From NCBI RefSeq assembly GCF_964204645.1, contig NC_134032.1, positions 7,924,275 to 7,988,274 on the forward strand: 64,000 nt of DNA, given 5' to 3'. The position numbers were made by a program, and so were the translations under genes. Of the stretch, positions 37,101 through 47,770 are shown piece by piece (position 1 is the stretch's first letter; each line of letters opens with the position of its first letter). The notes beneath the pieces are model-generated. The model searched no databases and was not told where the DNA came from. It saw only the letters and a program-made list of their open reading frames with translations. The stretch is from Tubulanus polymorphus. Lineage: Eukaryota; Animalia; Nemertea.

Positions 37101-40100
37101 AACAATGGAGGTGAATGTCGTCAATATCATGGTTGCCACCTAATATCACCCTACGATGTCATCAAATTACCCATAGACACCGGCCACCTTCATAAATCTC
37201 CCTCAGCGACACTATATAGACACTAACAACAAGGACCCCCTTAAACATCACCCGATGCCATTGTCAATTTACTCCTATTGATATTTCAAGAAAAGATGGC
37301 TGCACCCATACATCGCCCTATGACATCATCAGATTGTCCCAGACACAGAAATGGTGGCTGCCGTCATAAATCCTCCCATGATATCTTTGAATTACCTCTA
37401 TAGACAATTCCCGAAAAGTTGGCTGCATCTGAGCATTCTATGACAATGACATCATCAAATTATCCTTGTAGATGCTCTGTCATTCGATCAAACCTGAAGC
37501 CACAAAATCCTGCCCCAGTGAGCATACTTGCTGGGGAGGATGTCTAGATGCTAACAGAAAACATGTCTGCCTACGTAAATCGCGCTATGAAATTGCTTAC
37601 CTCTAGTCTGGACGGAAATGTTTCTAGAAAAGATGACCGCCTCCATGTATTCGCCCTATGACATCATCGAACTAAGCCCTATTTTCCTGACTTATTCTGA
37701 TATTTCCAGGTGAGACTTCGAGGTCATCAGCAGTACGGTTTACTCCTACTCCGGTCAGTGACGATGAATTTGAAAGTGTCTCGCAGGTGTCTGGACCGGT
37801 ATGCATAGAGTATTGAATAACTCAGGGGGGGGGGCTGGGGGAGTAGACTCAATAAATGGGGGAAAATGATCTTGCTTTATTATCGGGTGGCCACATACCT
37901 GCAAATCAAGCAAATCAGAGAAAAAAGTCTGTGAATTTTCTTTTCATTGAAAATGGTATGTTCAGATAAAATCAAACAATTGCCATGTACATATATATCT
38001 CACGTATTTGTGTGTTTATTAATCGGATTCTTAGCAAATCAAGTCGGGGAAAACAGGGATGTCAGGAATAGTCGAGGATAAGGCTCGTCAAATAAATGTG
38101 GCCACCCTGAATCAGACTCCGTTTACTGTGGAGTCGATTGCCTAGGATCATCGCGTGCCAATTTTCTGATTCTAATAAAGACCCATCTCTGCTCCAACTA
38201 ACCCACAATTTAGGTGCCTCAGGGAGAAAAATTGATCCCGCGAGATCCGAGGCAAGCAGAGTCTACTAACGTGTATGAAATTATCTCAGTTGACTCATTC
38301 AGCTGTTTCCTCTCCCGATAAGCTGATTATTTTATTTATACATGTTTTAGCGTCGACCGGTCTGGCAAGGCGACACCGATGGTATGTAGATATGAATTTA
38401 GATTTGAATCAGAAAATTATCTTATTATCTTGAATTTTGAATCTATTTTCTTACGAACATATATTTTAGCCGAAAGTCAAGCGCTGTCTCCGAGGAAGGG
38501 TTTACCCATGTACGAGTCGTCCGGTGTGCCCCATAAAGGTCGCCCTATGTATAAGTAAGTATCGACTCATTTCGGAGAACTCGTTTGTACTCAGGAATTT
38601 CGCTATGTGTGGTGTCTATTACTCCTCAGAAAATTCAAGGGGAAAATACACATTTATTACGATATACAGAATAGCTTATTTCCGGTTGATTTTCATGTAC
38701 TACGAGTTTGTGTCATTTTGTTGCAAATGCACTATGCTTTCATATGATATGAGATTTCACGAGGTTGGCCACCAAAATCGTGTCATTTTTTCCCCGAAAT
38801 TCATCCAGATTCACTTGCATCAGTGAGTGCGCGGATCTGTCATGTTCATACTCCAATTACTCGAGAATTTCAAATAGGAAGATATTGATTTTTGTACGGA
38901 ATTTTGACGTTTTGGGTGTCTAGTTTATTTTTGTTCTAAACTAATGGGTTTGAATCCCATTTGAACCGTTTTTTGTGTAGCAGACAAAAAGAGTCAGGGC
39001 GGATTCGGATGGCTTAACCCTTTCAGTGTGTCTACACCGCAGTGCGGTGTACGAATCAGTGATGGGTTTTGCTAGTACACCGCACTGCGGTGTATTGAAT
39101 TGTGTATTGTATTTAATTAGTAATTACTAATTATCTCTCTTGAAAGATGGCAGCACCTGTCAAACATAGTGAAATATTAGTAACTAACGATATACTGCGC
39201 CAGGATGTAGACGCACTACAGTGGTATTCCCGTTATTCAACACACTAGGGCATCCTCGCTTGCCAGGGGTCCGGTATCGCTCCCGAACTGGCTTCCACCA
39301 GCCCCCTGGCCTCACAACTCGCGATTTCATTACTGGCGCTTTTGCGCATGACGTCATATATCAACACGCGACAATACTTCCGCGTTCGCTGATTGGTCCA
39401 TTTACCGGGAAATTCCATAGATGCCTAATGTCGTTTGTAACAAGCGCTGTGATTGGCCCGACCTGATTCTGGTCGGCTAGTAACGACTCCAACGACTCGT
39501 GAGGTCAAGGGGTTCGGGGAACGGCTTTAGCAGAGTGGGTTCGAATCCCTTGACGGGTGAAGATGACACTAGGGTCGAATTTATCAGAATTTTCAAATTA
39601 TCTTCAGCACCATAGGGTATTAATTAGCCAGCACTGAAAGGGGTTAAGGAGTAATAGGCGGTGCAGATGCGGGTGGCTTCAGGGCTGACGGGTTAACTAT
39701 TAGTTCTTTCAGTTGGTTTGTATTCTTTCTGTTTACGCATAGTTATTTTATTTTTCTAATTTCCAGGCAGACATCTCGCGATGAAAGCGTAGTTTCACTT
39801 CCGGTGAATGCGTCCACTCCAACAGCACCGGCTGCTGACAGTGTTGTTGCCACTGGGAGTATCGTCGCTGGTCTGCCTCCGGTTGCCCCGGATACCAGTC
39901 GCACAGACGACACGTCTCTACCTACCGCGAAACCCGTTTGGTCTCGTAAAGATTCCGTCGACGTAAGTTTTGAACTTCCAGATAAGATTGCTGCTTCAGT
40001 GAACAGAGCTGCCAACTCCACCTGACTATCTGTATTCGTTACTTATGTGTAACGAGAAATATTGATTTGATTTGTTTGATGCATACAGTAATATCAAAGA

Positions 40101-43100
40101 TGTTCCCGAAGGTCTTCTTGTTGATTACTGATTCATTTGAACATTTTTTTCCATACTTCAATGAAATGTTACTGGAAAAAATTGAATTTGTTACTGATAG
40201 CACTTTTCAAAGTTTCTCAGCCCTGCGTAAATCTTTCCAGCGTCGAATTACCTCCAAACTAAAGTATAGACCCATTGCAGCCATGTGCTTTTATCACATG
40301 ACAATCGATACGATATGAGGTTAACTGAGTTACAGATCCCCAAAATTTGTGTATAACCATGGTATCTTTTGTTTTTTGTACAAGAAAAAAAAAACAAAAC
40401 AACGAACATGACCCTTGCATGGCCCTTCCAAAAAAAAAAGAAAACAAAAAACGTGACCCTCACGTGGTTGACCATTCCAATTCTATGATGGTCCTAGATC
40501 CAACCTTAGAAACAAAGATGTTTGATATATCCGAAGCGCTCATTCCAAAAACCGTATTTCTCATTTCTTGTTAATGTACACAACACAGAGAAATGCTTGG
40601 ACACGTGTTTCCCTCTTCAGTTTCTATATTTCCCTGTGTCATATGCGTTGGGCTTTGAAAACAGTTACGTGTAGTTTTATAGTTGACCCTTAACAGCCCT
40701 TGAATTTTGGTGATTATACTCTCAAAGCCCATCAAATATCCCTCAAATTTGAAAATGGTGCCACTGTAGGAACCCTGGAAAGTCTCCAACACTGACTGGA
40801 AAACATCAATCATCGTTTCATATATTGATTACTCCGAAACAATTGGCTGTATACCTTCTAATTCCCCAAATGATATCATCAATTATTTTATTCCTTCATC
40901 CTCCAGAAAATAATGCCCCCTATGACATCAATTATTCCTATAGACTACATCCAGAAAGTACTGGCTACCTCTACAAATCTCCCTATGACATCATCAATTA
41001 TTCTATAGAAACCACCAGAAAATAATGCCTGCATATGACATCATCAAATTAGCCCTATAGACTGTTGGGAAAAGATACCATAATAGATATCGAGTATGTT
41101 GATTACATGAAATTGATTGATTTGTTCTATAATTACAGTTTGAGGAGAGGAATGTCGATTCTCCTGATGTTCTTGCTAGTAAGGGTCGTTCGTGGGCGAT
41201 TCCCGATGATTCTGAGGTCAGCGATATCGATTGGGAAAATTATCGAGGTTAGTAGTTCAAACATCATCCTTCCTCGCCAGGGATTTGAACCTGATGGCAT
41301 CGCTAGACTCAGTCACGGCACGAAACTATGCCTCACTAGACCAGGTGTGCTTGAATCCCCATCAGGAGAGTATGGTCAAACGTGCGCATGTTTGCGTGTG
41401 AGGAACAGGCATATATTATTTTTAACTAAAATGTACACTAATACTACATGTCTACGCATGTTATTTACTTATAGCATGTCATACATGAAGGGCAAAACTT
41501 GGAATTTGAATTTGGCTTTTCTTCAATTATATGCTTTGAAGTACATGTATTCAGAAGTGAATATTTTCTATTTTTGCAGCGACAAAGACGAAATTCAAAT
41601 CTCACAAATCGAAGACATATACAGGTATTGAAAATTGCCAAACTAAAACTTAGCAGTGAAATATTCATTTCTGAAAATCACTGTTTTCGTGAAGTTGAGG
41701 ACCATCCAATGAATCTTTACTATGGTAGAAAGATAAAGGAGGAATTCAATTAAACATGAACTCCTGTAAATTTTCGCATTTCTGCATTAGATAATTTTGA
41801 AAATAACTGCTTTCGCCAACTAATTTCTGTGTTGTAAATATTGTCACTTGTAATTTCGCCGTAGGGCTAGTTGCAGGTTATGGGTATTGACCATAGCATA
41901 AATTTCACATGTCACTACAATCAAACCCGCTTAATTCAGATCGGCTCAATCGGGATTTGGTCTAATCCGGGCAATTTGCAATCCATTTGGTTCATTTACG
42001 TACTAGAAAATGATGTTAAATCCAGATTTTCGCTAAACAGCAGGGGCGGATCCAGACCGTATTAGCCGTATTGCCCAATACGGTCTAGAATTTTTAAGTG
42101 CCCTTCGAAATTTCACCGGCAATATTTTTGACGGCATTATCTCAACAACCGCTAATTCCGTGTCCGTAATCCGGGCATAATTATAAATTAATCGGTATAT
42201 ACTGCTGCCAAGAAAGTGAGGAGAGATAATCATATTTGTAAAGCCTTTAATCATGATAAATTAAAAAGGGCACTTTCCTTTTGCAAGGGGCACTCATGCT
42301 TTAGATGAGGGCACCTTGTCCTTCCTTGCCTTTTCAGGGAGGGCTTAAGGGGCACTCGTACTATAGAAGAGGGCACTATACGCGGAAATTGTTGAAGAAA
42401 AGGGCACTTTTTTGCCTAATTTTTAAAATTTTAGGGGCACTTTTGGTTTGGAAGATGGCACACGACATAAGGATAAATGTGAAGACGAGGCAATTTTTGC
42501 CGATTGTTAACAATGAAGGGGCACTTAGCCGTATTCTGTATAATTGTTAAGGGGCACTTTTAAAGATTATAGGGGCACTAGGCGAAGTTGGCGACAACCA
42601 TTCTTTCATGGGTTCGCCAGCTTCATTTTTTATCCGCACGTGTTGAAATCTTGTCTCGAATTCGTTTATTCTGGATTGCTCTCCTAGCCTCTAGAAGCCC
42701 TCTAAAAGCCTTTAAATGGTACCATATTTTCAAAATTTTATGGGGGTGGGCCCCCAGAACCCCTCTAAGGACTTCGCGCCTTCGGCGCTCGCATTGACCT
42801 GGATACTGGGTTGCCCTAAGATCAGAAAGGTGCCCTTAAATTTCCTTCCAATACTGTCTACCCATCCCCCTGGATCCGCCCCTGAACAGGATGAATTTTT
42901 TTATCCTAAATGATCCGAATTAAGCAGATTCTAGTGTATAATAAAGAAATAGAAGTTGAATTCATATCTCAGACTGCAGAACTGGGCCATTCCTCCACAA
43001 ATGTTGTTAGGTATACATACATACTAATGTGCCTCTCTATTAAATTTCTCGCCGCTGATTATCTCAGAGCTCCTATTCTATTTTTCGAATTCATAAATCT

Positions 43101-43161
43101 GACTGCAGGTCATTGCTACACATTTATTTTTGTTTTGTTCGTTACAGGAGGTCAATATTAA
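25119..43161 (+). CDS. C8orf34: C8orf34/VEST1-like protein with N-terminal RIIa/Dpy-30-like dimerisation-docking domain; 16 coding exons, about 508 aa
   Basis: Exons: 25119-25181, 27008-27103, 28403-28475, 30477-30587, 30891-31039, 31120-31256, 34958-35106, 35197-35264, 36999-37110, 37710-37798, 38351-38381, 38470-38554, 39767-39962, 41139-41247, 41580-41624, 43148-43161. Total 1527 nt, open frame, GT-AG throughout. Recognised family blocks: RVQSYLEKHQISALFEELMAKIIHTQPDDPL, YEKPWQTN, DFDEL, DDLRNEGV, ICSRCAR, DDEFESVSQVSGP. The last 4-5 exons are less certain. Confidence 0.85.
26345..26940. repeat. Imperfect long inverted repeat (about 200-bp arms), probable old MITE
   Basis: e.g. ttaatacgaccagtgaaactgt (26449) vs acagtttcactggtcgtattaa (26800), and actgttttgaagcattgc vs gcaatgcttcaatacagt. 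Confidence 0.7.
28734..29317. mobile_element. piggyBac-type MITE
   Basis: TTAA|CCCTTTTAAGTTCA ... TGAACTTAAAAGGG|TTAA. Confidence 0.85.
29576..30192. mobile_element. piggyBac-type MITE
   Basis: TTAA|CCCTTAACCTGC ... GCAAGTTAAGGG|TTAA. Confidence 0.8.
30682..30786. repeat. Near-perfect 105-bp palindrome in intron 4 of the C8orf34-like gene
   Basis: 52-bp arms, 2 mismatches, 1-nt centre at 30734. Confidence 0.92.
31499..31920. mobile_element. CAG-ended MITE
   Basis: CAGGGATGAAAA ... TTTTCATCCCTG, repeated TCCCGCTTTTT subterminal motifs, and flanks GTGTA/GTTTA. Confidence 0.7.
32146..33406 (+). mobile_element. HINE/DINE-1-like Helentron family B, full-length non-autonomous copy with internal tandem array
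   Basis: 5' T-run, subTIR AGCCCACTTGGGA with adjacent IR TCCCAGCGGGCT, and a (CCGT)n microsatellite. About 4 tandem units of 135-155 bp (32750-33335). 3' subTIR TCCCAAGTGGGC, short hairpin and CTAGTTT end. Confidence 0.85.
35961..36143. mobile_element. CAGGGTGGC-ended MITE (related copy at about 37884-38109)
   Basis: CAGGGTGGCGACT ... AGTGGCCACCCTG with internal GGAAAACTCAGGGAA repeats. Confidence 0.7.
37125..37680 (+). repeat. Degenerate 60-70-bp tandem array (CCCTATGACATCATCAAATTACCC core)
   Basis: About 8 diverged units fill intron 9. Related arrays at about 13050-13180, 30595-30880 and 40870-41062. Confidence 0.7.
39018..39643. mobile_element. piggyBac-type MITE containing a nested CATCCTC MITE
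   Basis: TTAA|CCCTTTCAGTG ... CACTGAAAGGGG|TTAA. Confidence 0.8.
39251..39565. mobile_element. CATCCTC..GA(A/G)GATG family MITE
   Basis: TIR CATCCTCGCTTGCCAGGG / CCCTTGACGGGTGAAGATG with direct repeat ACACTAGGG (9 bp) on both flanks. Confidence 0.8.
42041..42884. mobile_element. CAG-ended MITE with 5-bp TSD, nested in an older Tc1-like MITE (about 41916-42938)
   Basis: Perfect TIR CAGGGGCGGATCCAG / CTGGATCCGCCCCTG, TSD AACAG, and many internal AGGGCAC motifs. Confidence 0.85.
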
Positions 43162-43778
43162 ACGGTTTGAATCAAGCGAGAAACATGTCAGTAGCAGGTT
43201 AGGAGCATGAAAACGAAAGAAAATAGAAATTATTGAAATTGTTTATTTTTCGAACCCAACAATATGAAGATATGGACCCTTTAAAGGGTTTCAATGTATT
43301 TGTACGCCTAATACATTCATTCTCTAAAGGTTTAAGACATATATAGCTGCGTTCAAACTAGGATTTCAGTACGGTACTAAGCATTCACACTTGGAAATTA
43401 TTCGAGGCCTATCCGCGGCTTAGGCCTACTCAGTTCCATACCAGTACGCGGCCTATTAAGCGCGAAATGTATTTCCTGTCCTGTGAACGCAGATTCAGCG
43501 CGTAGCTAGCCACGTATTTACATCCGCGTAGCACAATGTACTCAACATTTATTACACTCCCCTCTATCCGCACACCGGGTGACTACCATACTGGGCTTAC
43601 TTACCGTATTGCCGACTCGTAACTGTCTGTGAAAGCGCGGTATTTTGGTGAATCCGGCACCAGCGACGTACGGTACGTCGTAAGCGCTGAATCTAGTGTG
43701 AATGCGGAATGATTTTGTTACCACGTACACGTGGTGGTGCTCTCAAAGTTTATCGTAGTAGAAAATCTATATCTACTA

Positions 43779-44073
43779 CAGCGGAACCTCGTCACAACAC
43801 AATATCACAACTCGCATAAAAGTACGCATAAAATTTGAATTTTTCTTGGTCGAAGGTTCTTCTCTGGTCTCGAACCCCATTGGGAAAAACAAACATCGAA
43901 CCCGCTTATAAATGCCCTGCGTGGCGCTTAGCGGGTTGAGGGTGTTGAAAAAAAAAAATTTGTTTAACTTTTATGTATATTTGTTGTTGAAGTAACATCC
44001 AACTCGAATATCGCACAAGGCAGAAAAAGTTTAAACAATCCCAAAAAATCTGACTTGAGCAGGGATTCTACTG
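43779..44073. mobile_element. Old Tc1/pogo-type MITE
   Basis: TA|CAGCGGAACCTCGTCACA ... GAGCAGGGATTCTACTG|TA. Confidence 0.55.
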
Positions 44074-46221
44074 TATCACACAGGCCTAGTTTACACAAAA
44101 TGGATTGAATCGATTCAAACTCAAAGATGAGGTGCAGTTGAAACTGTGAAATAAATTCATCCAGTACTCCCTTATTAAGGTCATGAAAAATTACTTAATT
44201 CAGTTCTATCCGATGAATTGTTGTCTCTTGAGTTCGTAAGTTACAAGGTCCGCTGTATGTGAGAAAATTATGGCACAATTCTTATATAATGATCACTATA
44301 TAGAAAATGATATTTGCGCTCTGGGGGTCATCCTTATTATGTATAGAGCTAGGCCCTACCTGATGGTGAAAATAGCCATTTATACTTGCCATTTCTGGGT
44401 GGGCGTAACTGATGACGAAGCATAAGCGTTTTAGGGAATCATAGAGGTATCCATCATTTCTTTTCAATATTATAATCAGGGACCAAGAAGATTTGTCTGC
44501 GCGCTTTCAGTGCTTGTGATCCCTGAGCCCCTTTCAGTCCTCGTACTCAACAATTAAACCCCCTTCCTCCAAATCTCGAGGTCACTAAGCGGCCCCCTGA
44601 TATGCCATCCGATCCTGTATGGATAACATTGTACATAGCCCAGGCCTGCCTCCCCTGGGTGTAAATAAATGGATGACCCTCCTGAATTAGCCGACAAAAT
44701 TATGTATTGTAGCTGTTTTCATAGATTATTTATAGTTTATCGAACAAACATTTCGATGAATATTATTATTTTTTCATTCATTGCGTCCATATTGAAAGAA
44801 TATTGCTTTTTTCATTATTGATATAGAAACTTTTTATGACAGAAATATAGCGCTATTTATATGAAAACTGAAAAACGTGTATTTTCGATGACTGTTTGAT
44901 CAACATTCAGGATAACATACCGGTACGTACAAACTTAAGGAGTTCGAGTCAAGCGGTTTATTAACAAAACTTGAGGCCACAATCATCTCCCCTAGCTGCT
45001 GGAGAATCAAGAATCTGGACAGGGCGGATGCAAGGGAACCAGGATACTTTGATGAGAATGCAAGGGCGTTATACGCAAGGTTTACTGTATTTGTGCTTTT
45101 GTTTTACATTAAGTGCCCTTTTTATCGAGGAACTTTTTCAACACCCTTTTCCACGTATGAAGTGATGAAATAAATGGGGTGTTCGGTTTCTGCCGCAACA
45201 TTTTTCCTCTAAAAATCACAAACAAATTGAATTAGACTTAACTAAAAAAGACATTTAAAGTTATATTTTCTTTTACAATAATTCCTACCACATACATGCA
45301 GTAAAAATAATTCATACATGTAAACAAAGAAATCACAGACCGAGTAGAATTAACACTTACCCCCTTCCCATTCCCCTTTCATAAATCAATAAATACATAA
45401 TTTACATAATAGAGATAGAAAATGTACAAATATTAGACATAGATAAATAAATTGTAAAAATTTTTCGTAGATTTTAAATTATATCAAATATTACGTAAAA
45501 TTAATTAAAGTATGTAGATTTTTATGGAGGTTTCATCAATCGGCAGCTGGGATCCTAGTTTACGCTGCACCCATTCAGACATTGATACTTTTTACCGTTC
45601 TTCTAATAAAGATTGTCCACACTTCATGTGTTCAGTACTTCAGTACCCGAGATATCTTTTCATCGAAAATGAACTACAAATCCCGCGCGGATATTTTATC
45701 AGCACGCTCGAAAAGTGATCGTCTAGACTAGATATATGTGAGTGTTGAAAAAATGGGCATAGAAAATTTTTGAACAATTATTCTGAATGGTGAAAGGTGA
45801 GAAAGTTGACCTATTAAACAGGTAGTAGCAGATAAGATACAATATACCCAGGACTCTGGGGTTCACGGCCTTACAAATATGTTCCCATTACTTATCTTAT
45901 AGCTTAATAGACACCTAAATGCAATAAATTAATAATTCATTTTGAATTCATTAAACACTTGTTATACTGCGCTGTTGCAAACTTCTTTATGTTCATTTCA
46001 CCCAACCTGAGCTAGGCCTGGCGTTTGACCTCGTAAGGGGCTACCCCCCTTGGAGGAAAGATTTCAATTAATACTTGTATGTATTTCCGATATCAGCAGT
46101 CTACACCCTCATACGCCATCCATCCAAATTGGCTGTCATTAACATTGGAGCTGACTTGCTACTTCAGAATCAGAAGCTGATTTGCTACTACATAGAACAA
46201 ATCAAATTTTCGATTTGAGTT

Positions 46222-46920
46222 CTAAAGTCTATCCCAGTGGTTATGACCGCGGCATTTCACTCTCAAAGAGCCAGTATCAACAACAATTTAATTGATACTG
46301 ACAGGTTTAAGTGGTCAAACTCACCATGAGCATCGCTGACTCGCTGGACCCCAGCTGCTTGTTACTATGGTTACAGGCAAGAGTGAATAAAGAGCAAAAC
46401 TTTTCCACACTTAATCCAAGAAAATGAAGTAATAAGCAATGAAAATTCAGTTTTGAAGTCTTGTTGCATTCAAGAGTGAATATTTTCGCTGGATGCTGAA
46501 GTCGGTGTTTACATTATGAAGTGTCAAAACCAATTTCCAAGTTGAAAGATTATATTTAGACGGTGTTTCAAGCAAAACAACAGCACTCGACTCATGAGAT
46601 GATTCCAGATTATATATGCTCACACTCTGAAGAGTTTATAGATGTACAAAATCAATCAATCAGATTGAATTTGCCACATGACATGATTATTCCCAAAATG
46701 AAACTAAAAAATTCAAGAAAGGATTTTGTAAAATTATAAAAATTGGAATTTTATATCCTTTAATGAATGGCCAGGATGGTATATTATTCACTCTTGAATG
46801 CAGTAGTCGCTTGACCTCAATTACTCGTAAGGCTGAGTGATAGAAACCACAGGGATCCCGATATGTTAGTGTAACAACTCTTTGATGCACCGCAATCATA
46901 ACTACTGGGATAGACTTTAG
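46222..46920. mobile_element. Unclassified TIR element
   Basis: CTAAAGTCTATCCCAGTGGTTATGA / TCATAACTACTGGGATAGACTTTAG. Confidence 0.6.
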
Positions 46921-47156
46921 GGTTATTGTAAGTACATAAATGCAGTTACAAATCGCTGAGCTATTCTCGCAACGGTGTATGCTCTCTAAGATGTATGTAC
47001 CGTTGGAGAGCATACATTGTCGCAGGGAACGCTCTCCAGCATCGGTCTTTTATCCGCTTCGGCACAAATAATGATTAAACTTAACGGAAATGAAAATTAA
47101 ACCGAGAATACACTTGAACCAAAAGGTTGCTTCTCGAACCGACAACAACTACCAGT

Positions 47157-47490
47157 CAGCGGCGGATCCAGGGGCATGTTGTTACCATGTCGACCAGTAA
47201 AAATGGCATATTATTCCCAATTCAGGGCGGAAAGGCGCATCAGCAAAATTGAGCGCCGAGGGCATGAAATGCGAGAGCCATTTTTGAAATTTAACTCTGA
47301 TTTTAGTTTTCTGAGCATCTCTGAAAGGAATTTAGTCAAGAAACATAGATGATATATATTTAGGAAAATATCTAGTGTTTCTCGGGTGGTAACAACGGCA
47401 AATTTTGATACTGAGAGAAAAATAAAAAGGGCACTTTAAAATTCCGACCGTGTTGGGCGACACGGTTGACACGGTCTAAATCCGCCCCTG
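47157..47490. mobile_element. CAG-ended MITE with 5-bp TSD
   Basis: CAGCGGCGGAT ... ATCCGCCCCTG flanked by CCAGT on both sides. Confidence 0.75.
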
Positions 47491-47770
47491 CCAGTACAAA
47501 CAACAGATTATCGGAATACGTTTCTGGTCAAAAAGTGGTCATCCACACCACACACGTGTTCAGGATTTTAAATCGAAGAAAATCAACAGCGAACGATGGC
47601 AATGTCTGAAGGGGTGGTTCCGGGCTGCGCAATGATATCAGCATTGACCAGCAAAAATTTTATGAACCGTATCCGAGGAAAGCAATTTCACGATTTAATA
47701 CATATCTAATACTTTTTCTGATAATAAAGAAAATATATAATAATGTATACACAAATATATCACAGAGTAT

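Noticed and set aside
41065-41631. 188-aa ORF as a gene
   Set aside because: It runs in other frames across exons 14-15 of the C8orf34-like gene and a MITE half, and has no coherent domain.
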